In this document: positions 52,226 to 64,000 of the stretch, one piece after another
How positions within the stretch are numbered: the first letter of the stretch is position 1
Layout of the letters: every line of letters starts with the position of its first letter
Source of the DNA: Paraphysomonas bandaiensis
Taxonomy: Eukaryota > Protista > Chrysophyceae
Reading direction: 5' to 3'
Assembly (NCBI GenBank): GCA_965644295.1
Contig: CBFFRP010000365.1
Location: 1-64,000 of the forward strand
DNA: 64,000 nucleotides
Program-made: the position numbers and the translations under genes
Notes under the pieces: generated by a model
The model's input: only the letters and a program-made list of their open reading frames with translations
What the model was told of the DNA's origin: nothing
Database searches by the model: none

Positions 52226-55200
52226 ATGCCTCGTATTACTGGAGCTGCTTGCACGGGTGATTTGAATGGTGTGAAGAGGTGTGTCGAGAGGGGTGATGAT
52301 ATCAATACACGAGCTAGGGTGACAACCATACATACATACATAGAGTGTTATGAAGGCTCATGTGATGTTGTTGTTATTGTTTTATAGGGTGCTTTTACAG
52401 CTCTTCATTTGGCTGTCTCTCGTGGTCACAGAGACATAGCTGAGTGTCTGATAAGAGCAGGAGCAGATATAAATATACAAGACAATGTAAGTAACCCCCA
52501 CATACATATACATACACTCGTATGATAATATTGTTATCGTCTTATAGGGAGGTTCTACAGCTCTTCACAGGGCTGCCTCTAGAGGTCAGAGAGATACAGC
52601 TGAGTGTCTTATAAGAGCAGGCGCAGATATTAGTATACAAACCAAAGTAAGTAACCCCCACATACATACAGACAGACAGACAGACAGACAGACAGAGAAA
52701 GAGTGTGATGAGGGTTCGTATGATATTTTTGTTATTGTTTTATAGAATGGTCGTACAGCTCTTCACTCGGCTGCCTCTAATGGTCACAGAGATATAGCTG
52801 AGTATCTTATAAGAGCAGGCGCAGATATTAATAATCGAACAAAAGTATGTAAATCCTCTATACATACAGTGTTATGAGGGTGCATATGATATTATTATTG
52901 TTTTATAGAAAGGTTGTACAGCTCTTCACTGTGCTGCCTCTAGAGGTCACAGAGGTATAGCTGAGTATCTTATAAGAGCAGGAGCAAATATAACTACACG
53001 AGATGTTGTAAGTAACCCCTCTACACATATATACATATATACATACATACATACATACATACATACATACATACATACATACATACATACATACATACAT
53101 ACATACATACATACATACATACATACATACATACATACATACTTACATACATACATGCATACAGTGTTATGAGGGCTCATCTGATATTATTGTTATTGTT
53201 GTATAGGATGGTTGGACAGCTCTTCACAATGCTTCCTCAAGAGGTCACAGAGATACGGCTGAGTATCTCATAAGAGCAGGAGCCGATATAACTATACAAA
53301 ACAATGTAAGTAACCCCTCGATGCACATATACATATATAGTGTTATATGGGCTCTTATGTAAATATGCATATCATATTTACTCCACTGACTCATTATGTG
53401 AAAGAAGATAAGTGTATGCGGCGATGCACTGTGTCACTTATTTTATGATGTTTATTGTTATTTTTTGCAGGATGGAAAGACTCCTGTTGATGCGGCAAAA
53501 GATGATGCGATGCGTGATATCATCAACAATGCACATGTTAGTATGCATACTGTATGTTTCATCATATTCGTAAAACCAGAGATATAACCTAATTGGAATC
53601 ATATGTGTATTGCATAGGCTGAGAGGCAGAGACAACAAGAGGAGGAAGCTGCTTCCGCCGCTGCAGAGGTATGTGTGTGATGATGATGTAGTTATATGGC
53701 GTGATATGTTTGATAGTATTGGTATGGTTGGTGTATTATATAGGTGTCGTGTTTGAATGGGTTTTAATTGAGTTTGTGTGTATTGTATAGGTTGAGACAG
53801 AGACAGAGACCGCAAGAGAAGGAAGCTTCTGCAGAGGTATGCGTGTGATGATGATGTAGTTATATGGTGTGATAAGTTTGATAGTATTGGTATGGTTGGT
53901 GTATTATATAGGTGTCGTGTTTGAATGGGTTTTAATTGAGTTTGTGTGTATTGTATAGGTTGAGAGGCAGAGACATCAATAGGAGGAAGCAGCTACCGCT
54001 TCTGCAGAGGTATGTGTGTGATGATGGTGTGGTTATATGGTGTGTTATGTTTGAGTGCCCTTGACTGTGACCATATATCTATGTGTATGTTTGGCGCAGC
54101 TGTTAAGGTGAGTAGCACCCACTTATACATGTGCTCAAGCTTCCATATGTTCCACAGAAGCCTCATTCTAAGGAGGTGTTCAAATGGCTGCGGAACATAT
54201 TTGCCGGTATGAGTTTTGCGCCGACCCCCTTTTTCTGATGTCGCTACATATATATTATGTTTGCATTCGTATATTATATGTACTATCATGGACAGCTGTA
54301 TATATATGTGATGTTATATTATGTATACAAATTAAGAAACGTATAATAACAGCTGTGATCACTTGTAGGCACACGCATTGACGTCAAGTCTGTGTTCGAC
54401 ATATTTGACACTTTGATTGCATGGCCATCATTGGGACAGTGCTACATATTTGATGGAGAATAATGGTAGCGAGCTTAAAGAGATGGGCATAACGGACTTG
54501 GCTGTCCGTGTCCGACTCATAAAGGGCTTAAAAGAGCTTTTCCCTCCCCTCTGTCTCCGCCCTCTCCGGTGTCGTCTCCTACTTCCCCTTATCTTGTGTC
54601 CTCCGGTGAAACTATTGAGAATATACAGCCATTGACTGTGACATCAGCAAAGAGAGGAGTGTATTGGGAACCTTCTGGATGGCATGTTCTCTGGTAACTT
54701 CGACCATAAAAACTTACACGCTCAATTCGAGAAACATGAAGTCATCATCAAGACCAATGGACGACAACGAGACTTGCAGCGGGAGTTAGCCGACCCTACC
54801 ATTAATATTTTTACTGCCGGGATGCTGGCGGTGGCACTGCTGAATAAAAGCAACCACGACGGCAGGATGTGCTCCCATGGCAAAGAGGAAGCCCTCTTAA
54901 CTAGAGCACTTTCATTCGATGGAGCATACGTGAGAGGTTTGCTAGCAGAGAAGATGAAAGGCATCAACAGCGGCTACACCGACATGTTATTTGCTATGTG
55001 CAGTTTCAACCTGCCGAGAGACCCACGGCTACTGAGGTGGTGGACCAGATTGCGGAGCTAGGATTCACTCGAGCCCATCGCAAAGGCCAAGAGACACTCC
55101 ATCACGTTTAAAGGGAGAATGAGTTCTTGCGACAGGAGGTGATAAAGCGACTGTCTTCCCTACATAAGCAGTGGGTGGAGTCCATTCAGTCAGTGATTGC

Positions 55201-56182
55201 GAGCAACACTCAATTTCAGCATAAAATTGAGCAATTTGAATATAAACGCTCGAGAATGCAAGCTGAGGATGCAGCTCGGGCGGAGGAGACTCAACAAAGC
55301 ATTATTCAATTGACCGATGCGATGAGAGGTATGCTGGGAAACCCGTCGTTAGCAGGTGTCGTGGATGCACTCTCTGTACAAATGGACTCTCTGCACAATA
55401 GCCTCGCACAGGTGTTGAGAGGCACTCACACCATCCCCACCCTCATGATCGTTCTTCCTCAAATCAAAGATTAATCGATGACGGGATACCTGCGCAGAGG
55501 GGCAACTCGAGTGTTCACTCAGAAATACACCCTCTTCTTCCTCTGCAGCCACACCCGCCGCATCGCCCCTTGCGGGCCAAATGAAGAAGGTGATGAGGTA
55601 TATAATACATACATGTGCATGCTTGTTGGTGCTGGTTATGTATATACATATACACGTTATTGCATACGTGTTTTACCTGCGTGGCATGTTACATATTACA
55701 CATTTATCTGAACTCTGTACTGTATAGAGGATACTTTATAAAAGTCTATCGGCAGTGGCTAATAAATGCCGGTCCTGTGCTGAAGCTCGGTCTGGTGCTC
55801 CTGAAGCTCGCCCTGTCATCAGTGGGGAACATCCCTCCACCAGGTGTGGTGGAGGCTCTGGGCACTGACCTGGCTGCCCACAAGCGCTATGTGGATAAGG
55901 CGCTCGCTCCAACACACCAAACAAAATGGAGTAGATTACGGAAGACATATTGGATAGTGTGGTGGATGCAGAGGACTCTATCGAGGTGCTGAAGCAGATC
56001 GACGCCTCCCCTGAGGGCAGCAGACTGGCGTATGAAACCATTAGGGTTGCCGGAGAAAAGTGAGGAATACCACATAGCCACGACTTGTGCTCCGCGGCAA
56101 GTGGTATGTGCAATGGCAAGTGCGGGTGGGTCCTCGACAATGACCTCGTGCAAAAGGCATATGAAGACGCCAACAGTTGTTA
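52226..56182 (+). pseudogene. Ankyrin gene 2: N-cap, 5 one-repeat exons, C-cap, repeated helical mini-exons, SAM domain and ROCO/COR-like C-terminus; disrupted downstream of the ankyrin part
   Basis: Exons 52226-318, 52388-486, 52548-646, 52746-844, 52909-53007, 53207-305, 53471-536 (DGKTPVDAA) and 53618-668. SAM-like EVFKWL..SELKEMGITDLAVRVRLIKGLKEL. C-terminus IPTLMIVLP..LFFLCSH..GYFIKV..WLINAGPVLKLGLVLLKLAL..GWVLD. Stops or frameshifts at ~53791-836, ~53980 and 55472. Confidence 0.75.
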
Positions 56183-56581
56183 AGTCGTGCGTGGTAATAC
56201 ACGTACCACCGCCGTGAAGATAATGTATGCATGTAGCTGTTATCTGTGCTCTCTCTGGTCAACGCACCAAACAAAATGGAGTAGATTACGGAAGACATAT
56301 TGGATAGTGTGGTGGATACAGAGGACTCTATCGAGGTGCTGAAGCAGATCGACGCCTCCCCTGAGGGCAGCAGACTGGCGTATGAAACCATTAGGGTTGC
56401 CGGAGAAAAGTGAGGAATACCACATAGCCACGACTTGTGGTGTGTGCAATGGCAAGTGCGGGTGGGTCTCGACAATGACCTCGTGCAGAAGGCATATGAA
56501 GACGCCAACAGTTGTTAAGTTGTGCGTGTAATACACGTACCACCGCCGTGAAGATAATGCATACATGTAGCTGTTATCTGT
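55910..56581 (+). repeat. ~350-bp tandem duplication of the 3' end of ankyrin gene 2
   Basis: 55910-56246 is repeated at ~56260-56581. Confidence 0.9.
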
Positions 56582-57210
56582 TGTGTGTGTACGGATAACG
56601 TGTGTCTTGTGTCAGTGTGTTCGATTGTCAGTGAACCTACTATTATGTGATGTGATGGGAGGGTTTGCGTCGCGCTCTGTTCCCCATCAGTGCGTCATCT
56701 ACAACACAACATATGTATATTCTGTCCAGTTTCGCCATATTTGGATATGGTGAAATAATGTGAGTAAGCAAACTAAGACAATATCAATTAGTAAAGTATA
56801 ATCAATATGTCTCATCATTCGTTGGTATTATATTAACTATTGTTCTTAATTGTATACAGTACGGAGTGAATTATGCTAGTAGAGTTATAGTAAAATTGTG
56901 ATATATTGTTGAGTTTTGCTGCTTGTGAGCAAATGCAAGCTGTAGTTAGGTATTTAAATTATAACCATTACTCAAAGTATATAGTAGTGGTAAAACGTAT
57001 TATGAGAATTAATATCATGGCGATATAGTAATGAAACTGAAATATATTGACTGTACAAGATAGTGATGATCTAAGATCGTAGTGTAGAAGAGATAAAAAG
57101 AGTTAGTGAATGATGTTAAGCTTTAACATAACTCCACAAGAGTTTCACTCTATAATCATATTATAGCATTAGTAAAAGTGAAATAAAAAGAATAAATACA
57201 CAATATCACT

Positions 57211-57368
57211 CAGGGCCTGGTAACCGTTAATGGTAATGGCATTAATGGCCATTAATGGGCCATTCATGGTAATGCAATTATAATTGCCGGGACATTTTTC
57301 ATTAATGCCATTATAATTGCCGGGAACTGGACTATAATGAATGGGCCATTAATGGTTACCAGGCCCTG
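57211..57368. mobile_element. hAT-type MITE
   Basis: TIRs CAGGGCCTGGTAACC.TTAATGG and an 8-bp TSD ATATCACT/ATATCATT. A lone TIR copy sits at ~27738-27760. Confidence 0.88.
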
Positions 57369-58222
57369 ATATCATTTATCATTATTTTTTGTTATTCACC
57401 ATATTTTTCATGTGATCTCAACTACCAATCATATTTATACGATCTTGATATATAGACGATCTTGTATGGTCTGCCTCATCCCGAGGGTGTCATGGTGGGC
57501 ATAGTGTAGGCTCGCTGGTACACCACATATAACACCGAGATTTTGCACTGATTCTACCACCCGCCTACCCATGTACCAACGTAGCTGACTGCATAGATCT
57601 TCGCTAAGATTACGCGGGATTTTTCATAACTATGCATGACTTATGTATGTAATTCGCGCAGATTCTAATAGAACCATCTGTACCTTCCCATTATTACCTA
57701 ACAAAGATTACGCAGAGCTTCTCGTAACTATGCATGACTCAGTATAGGTCTAGTGTGACATTGGCCGTCTCTCCCTCTCCTAGAATGCGCGGGGTTTCTT
57801 GTAATCTCATATGGGCTATGCAAGTATAGTGTAGATCTAGCTAGAGCTTTCTTGGTGCCGACACACGAAGCATACGCTGAGATTTTATTAACAATCTATA
57901 CGTTACTTTTAGCTCAATCAACACTAGCACTTTACTAGGGTACGCTCTCGGAATGAGGCAGGTTCGAATCCCAGCTTTCCTGCGGTCACCATCATCATTC
58001 ATCTAGGTATGGGTATGTTCCCCAAAACGTCAAAAACTACATGCTGCGCAACATTCCGAGTCCTCAGATATCTCTTACACCTTTCCTCCAACTGTCTATC
58101 CAATCAACTCCATTACCTTACCAAGACCAAATTGATATGTTTATAAAGAAGTGGGGAAAGCACGCTCTGGAAGCTAAATGAAGAGGAAGTAGCTGCTACT
58201 GTAGATAATTAAATGCCAAGAC

Positions 58223-60100
58223 CAGGGATAGGGAACAATATATTGCAATACTATTGTTAGGTAGCGTTCCATCAATAGTATTGATGGATTTTTTAAACCG
58301 GCCCTACAATACTATTGCAATATATTGCAATATATTGTACAATATATTGCAATATATTAGTATGACTAATCAGTAAGTAAACACATCCGTAGTTTTCATT
58401 TTTAGTACTTGCCATATTTTATAAGGTCTAAGGTCACTTGATAATCAAACCCACTACTCTTAACTAATTAAAAGTTTCCTCATACTCATCCTCTGAGCCA
58501 TCATCGGTGACATCATCATCACCATATTCATTCAATATTGATTGAAATATGCTTGCATCCGGCCACAACTGTCGGTTAGCTTTCAGAAACAACAGTATAT
58601 TAAGTGTAGTAGGATGCATACGTTTGCGCAACACTGATATAATCAGTTTTGCTGCGCTGAACAGGCGTTCACACGTATTGGAAGTACATACTACATGACT
58701 CGTGCACCTGTACTTAGATATTTCAACTTTTCGCTTCTTAAGTTTTTGAGCTGATTTGAACTTCCCCATTAGTAGGTCTACTTTGCGAATAAGAGGCCTA
58801 ATGCCTTCGTCAGATCTTGTCACATCTCCTTGGTTATTCCTCTTCTCTTTGCTGCCAATGAGTTCATTGACAGCGAGATTTAGTCGGTGAGATGCACATC
58901 CAACTAGGGGTACACCTAATATATATTATAACATTCGACAATTTCACACAAGTAATACGGTGTTACCAGAATCAGTAGCCAATTTTCTGTTTGTAGCACA
59001 GTTATCTCCAAGATAAAACTCAACAATGTCGCAAACATTGTCAGCGTTAACCTCAACTCCAAATTTATTGAGAACTTCTACGATAGTATCAAACCAATCC
59101 GCAGCAGTGAATCCGTAGAATTTCTCTTCATCAGGTAGATCTTCATCGAAAACAGTGTTGTCATCAATATCCTCTTGCACATTACAAGACAACAATAACA
59201 AATTCGGAGTATTGGTTCGGTCGCAAAAGGTTGCAAATATTGCACTGTAGTGGTGGGAGTCCGACGTCCAACCGTCCATGACTAGACCAAATGTTGGTGG
59301 TAATATATCTTTAATCATATCACGTAGCTTCAGTTCCAACAGTCTCATATATTTTTTCAGTGTTTTTGTAGTTATCTTACCCAAAGAAGTCTTATTTCTA
59401 GTTAATTTCTTCTCACAGAAATTTAATGGAAGATTTTCCTCGACAATCCACTCCACCCACTCATAAATTGTTTTCGCCTTGTCTGAAGGCTGCAGAACAA
59501 AAGCATCCATGGGACCATTGGTGCAGACAGCCCGTAAATACCTCTTCAATGTCTCCTCCCACACATCATGAGAGAAAGTGTGATCCTTTAGATTGTTGTA
59601 TCCATTCCGAATATTCTGTTGTCGTTTACGTCCGCAGATTTTACACTCGTGTTTGTTCGGGACACCTTCGACCGGACTCCAAAAACAGCGGTAAATGTCC
59701 CTACTCTTGTATGCACTCATCATTCAGTTGTCTCTTCTTGTCACTATAGGATATATATACTATATTAAGAGAAGTACTGTACATACATGTGGAGAGGTGT
59801 AGAGTGCTGTTTGAGCTGGCGATACATAAAAAATAGAAAATAACATCAAAAATAGGCTTTTTTTCTTATTTTCCGGATATTTGTATACAGAGGCGTATAT
59901 TTTGCACCATACAGTTGAGGATCTTCTCTTATATGACTATCATAATATTGATTGCAATATATTGCAATAGTATTGTGAGCTCTATTAACAGAAACACTAT
60001 TGATGGAATATTTGACCAGTCCACCAATCAATATATTTTACAATATATTGCAATATATTGTACAATATATTGCAATACAATATATTGTTCCCTATCCCTG
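58223..60100 (-). mobile_element. hAT DNA transposon, internally deleted (transposase pieces 59723-58968 and 58916-58464)
   Basis: TIR CAGGGATAGGGAACAATATATTG with a perfect 8-bp TSD GCCAAGAC. Encodes a BED finger (CKIC..NLKDH..H), DGWT, GDNC, CASHRLNL and a dimerisation motif SNTCERLFS. The region between CxxH and the dimerisation domain is missing. Confidence 0.95.
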
Positions 60101-60710
60101 GCCAAGACCCATCATAAATACGGCAGGATCCATCTTTATCCCGAAGGCTTCAGTAAACCATATAGAGAACTGATTCAGTGCAAATCCCCCTGCCACAACA
60201 TTCGTCTCAGAAGTCTCCTCTCCTCGTCTGCTCCTAGGTATCTAGCTATGTCCATCTTGAAGTCACATGAGGCCCTTCTCCTTCTCACCTCTTCAGCTAA
60301 CTCTCCTTTAAATACTGTTCCTCCACTTATCTCCGCTAATATTCTAATTCCTCAAAAGTACTTTTCGCAAAATATAAATGTGATGGTGATGTCTGTTTCT
60401 TTATATATTTATACTTTTAAATTTATATGCTTAAAAAATAGGTAATAAGCAGTTTTAAGATCACGTGTTCACCAAAGCTACTACCTACTTCTAAGCTAAT
60501 CGCAATTTTGACAATAGTTGTTGTTGGACTTTTATGACGACAGCAGTGTGCTGTTTTCAATGGGGACAGTACGGCAGTAAAGACCCACTAGCACAGAAGT
60601 GCTGGGGCAAGTAAAACAGTTTATTAAATAATATACACCAAATCAGTTTCTCTCACACATTATTTCAATTAGAATTCACGTGTAGTGTTTGAAAATGAAA
60701 CGGTTTGAAC

Positions 60711-61820
60711 TTAATTGATACGTAAGAATCGTTGTGATGTGTATCTATATACCTTATCTCCTATTTTACACTCCAAGTGTTGCAGTTTTATTAAGGTAGA
60801 AATTTCTCCCTCATTATCAACAGATTCACAGTCGCTGTCGGACTCTTCTTCAAAGCTTCCTTCAAGCCCTCTACCACGTACAAGCGAAAGAATATCAGTA
60901 TCTCGCTTTTGAACTGCAACAGTTGTACTATTAAGCTTGTCTTCAAAATCGATGTCATCTTGAGGAACACTATTCTCCGTAGCAGTGGAGCCAATACTAT
61001 AAATCATACGCAATATGAAAACCACATCGATATGTATTGGCGGGTTACCTTATATGGAGTACGGGATGCTACAAGATATAGAGGCCACGGGGACAGTGAA
61101 ATATAGAAAAAGTTAGTACAAGTAAGGTCCAAGCAGCACATAACAGGCGCAAAATATTCACCAAATAACCACAATTCATATCACATAAATACGTAATTGC
61201 GAATAAATGCTGGACAGACGGCAATGAGTGCATCGAATTCGTACCTCGTAATACGATGGTTGTCTAAATGATTCCAGCACTCCATCTACTGCTTTGATCA
61301 GTCCACTCAATACATGAGAAGGGTCATCGATAGGAATACAAAGAAATGTTCTTGTTCTCGTATCATTTGTAAGTATGCAGTACTCACTGAATATAAAAGT
61401 ATCGACTGATGTCCTGTCCTCACAACCATCCATTACATTAAATCAATAGATAAAGAATACAAATTATACTTCTTTGTAGCAGATATGGCCCGATGAAGTA
61501 GCTGTAAGAAGGACTCTATCTGATGATGTCTTAATACAAATGGTTTGGAAAGGGACACATGAGGGAACTTTTCCCATATTACATTCTGTTTCTTCTTTTC
61601 CTCATAATGATGAATTGAAGCATCTGTAATTTGTACTAATTTCTTTGTATATTTAACTGTATTTTATAGATAAGTATGTATGTATGTATGTATGTAGACA
61701 TAACCACGTACCGTTAAAGTATATGTGACTCGGCCAGTTGCCCTCTATATGAGGGAAGACACGTTTAAAAGCATTATCAGATACATCACTGGATTCACTA
61801 TCACGATTTCTTTTATTCAT
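60711..61820 (-). CDS. USB1: U6 snRNA 3'-5' phosphodiesterase (2H phosphoesterase), multi-exon
   Basis: RVFPHIEGNWPSHIY, HVSLSKPFVLRHHQIESF, LTNDTRTRTFL, F.QPSYYE|HPVLHIS|IG and CKIGDK: two HxS motifs in USB1/Mpn1 context. Confidence 0.9.
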
Positions 61821-61877
61821 ATTATAAAATTATTAGAGATCAACATATCTGAATATGCTAGATACATACATCTATAA

Positions 61878-64000
61878 GGCCACTAATTATGGTGAAGACA
61901 AAAGACAAAAAGACGGAAGACATTTTGTCTTCCTGGCATGAAAAGCAGGAATTATGGGAGGACAAAAGACAGAAATCCGCCAAAAGACAAAATGTCTTTC
62001 TGTCTTCGGGAGACAAAAAGACATAAATATGAGCAAATTTATGTCTTTTTGTCTTCGAAGACATAAATCAAGAGTGGAAGACATTTTTACACAATAGAGC
62101 ACTAATTAGGGCTTATATACCTCATAAACAGCACAGATCGCAATGATTTACAGTCTCAAACATTGGCAGAAGCTTGCTATTGCTTTGGCAGGCATGGAGA
62201 CCCATGGTGTCAAGACCACGACGATTGCAGAGCAACGGAACAATACCGTCCGGCGTACAGATGAGGGAGTTGCTCATAAAGACGTTGGAGCTCTCCTGGA
62301 ATCGTAAAGAAGCTGAAAGGGTGAAAAGGAGAGCTCTAGCACAAATTCGGGAGGCGAGTTATATGATAATAATGACAGCAACCCCAAGCCATTTGACCCC
62401 AATGGTAGTTATCTTGGTCCGATCGATTTTATTGTGTTCATGCAAGTAGGCCTACCAGCTGGGGAACATTATTGGGATGGTTTCAAAGTTATTGTCGGTA
62501 ATGGTCCTTCCAGTGAGAAACCCCAAGAAAAGATACCAAAAGGTTCGAAAGGAAGAAAGGAGCAGCGCAATAAGAGCTTGAAGGAGTCTGGTTATTCGGA
62601 AGGAGATTCTAATAGCATAGGAGAATATGAGGTCAGAATGACAGCCCGTCACAATCGTATGGAGGAGTTCAGATATTATTTTACTATGTTTCCGGACGAC
62701 CAAGATATGAAGGACAAATTCAAAGAGTTCATCAACTCCGATCTGGCTCCAACGCTGAAGAGAAAAGCTTCCTCTGTATTAATGGACACCACCAAAAACG
62801 CACGTAATTCTACTATGAGCACACCTAGTTCTGCCATTGACAGTACCATAACATCGAACTCAACGAGCAGCACACCTCACATGCTGCAATTTACTTGCGA
62901 CTCTCCTGAGACTTCTGTCATTGAGAACTCTGTGGACCTCTCGGATATCGTTTCCGATTGAAAGATTATCAACATGCCAATGCAATTCTAATTATAGCAT
63001 ATAATCACATGTTGGTATCAGCTATACTATAATTACTGCATAATAATATGCTATTTGCTATGTTAATTGCATGAGCTAAGTAATCAACTGTACTTATGAA
63101 ACAAATCAGTTTTTAATTATGACCATACAACAGTTTTATCACTACACATACGCATGAAATGGTTAACAAATTTATTTCTGAGGACAGTGTGCTCATTTTC
63201 AACTTCAGTACGTACAGCTTCAACTGTATCAAACAATGTACCACATCGATGTTTGGGATCTGTTAGATCTGTGTCTCTCTGTACTCTAAGCACAACTTCT
63301 TTCAACTTACCGTTATTTTCTCTGTGAACTTTAAATGCTTTATCTATGTCGCATAAATCATGAAATCCATCTGGTCCATTCCATTCCACATCCTGCTCCC
63401 ACAGCTTAAACAAGTTATCATCCCTCATGATCTCATTGTGTAGACAACAGCATGTGAAAAATACATTGTCAATTTCCTCTTTACTTTGAAGCAGAATAGG
63501 AATTTTTAGAATTCGTAAACGCCCCTTGAGTATACCGAATGTGCATTCGATGTCCTTGCGAACCGATTCTAGCCACTTTGACCAGATTCTGAGGTCATGG
63601 GCAGATGTATTTTTAACTGGACACTGCATGCACCTCCATTTATGATATCCTCCATCACAAATGAAATATAAACCTCATGATCTCCTCTTCGTTGTCGTCA
63701 TGTGTATTCTTCACTTTTACGACCTAGAATACACAGTTCAAACAACCTCAAATATTCTAAACAGGATAATACCTATCGCGTCAGTATCAGCGATGGGTTG
63801 CCCTGTTAACTTATTCTTACGAAGTGAGGAATCTTTAGCCCATAGGACTATTTCTTGAAACATTTGATACGGAACTCGAAAACGCGTTCTGAAAAGCTTG
63901 CCTGATGCAGAGTCACGTGATATATAAAACAGTACCAGAAGTCATACCTTCACGAGTTGTTGGGTCTCTTATCCTTGCATCCCTCAGCAGGAGGCCCCAT
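61878..64000. mobile_element. PIF/Harbinger transposon (decayed): accessory ORF ~62174-62961 (+) and DDE transposase 63117 to ~63900 (-)
   Basis: TAA|GGCC terminus with AAGACAAAA subterminal repeats. Transposase motifs FRTRFRVPY, ICDGGYHKW and WLESVRKDIECTFGILKGR. Convergent two-gene layout. Confidence 0.85.

Noticed and set aside
59915-60445. 176-aa ORF
   Set aside because: Crosses the hAT terminus and its subterminal repeats into flanking DNA; spurious.

Overview
Intron-containing eukaryotic DNA, probably from a stramenopile such as a chrysophyte or other ochrophyte (inference from gene and TE content). From left to right: a Ty1/copia element with one in-frame stop, inserted into the first unit of a ~3.7-kb tandem array (4 units plus two 728-bp partial copies). 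Each unit carries a spliced gene for a coiled-coil, hendecad-repeat, PD-(D/E)xK nuclease protein resembling Crinkler REase effectors. Next come core-like genes: an NHE8-like Na+/H+ exchanger, an Sfi1-repeat protein, a RING-TRAF-MATH protein, TAF13 and USB1. Three of them (NHE8-like, Sfi1-repeat, TAF13) are preceded by long sense-strand (CATA)n tracts. There is also a protein in which ubiquitin is split by a large insertion. Many TE relics are present: hAT, PIF/Harbinger, MITEs, copia fragments and a 5'-truncating element that lacks RT. The most striking feature is two ankyrin genes in which every 33-aa repeat is its own 99-nt phase-0 exon, separated by mutually homologous introns. Their variation is concentrated at the target-binding positions that are randomised in DARPin libraries. 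One continues into a SAM domain and a ROCO/COR-type C-terminus, which suggests an exon-shuffled, diversifying immune-receptor system.
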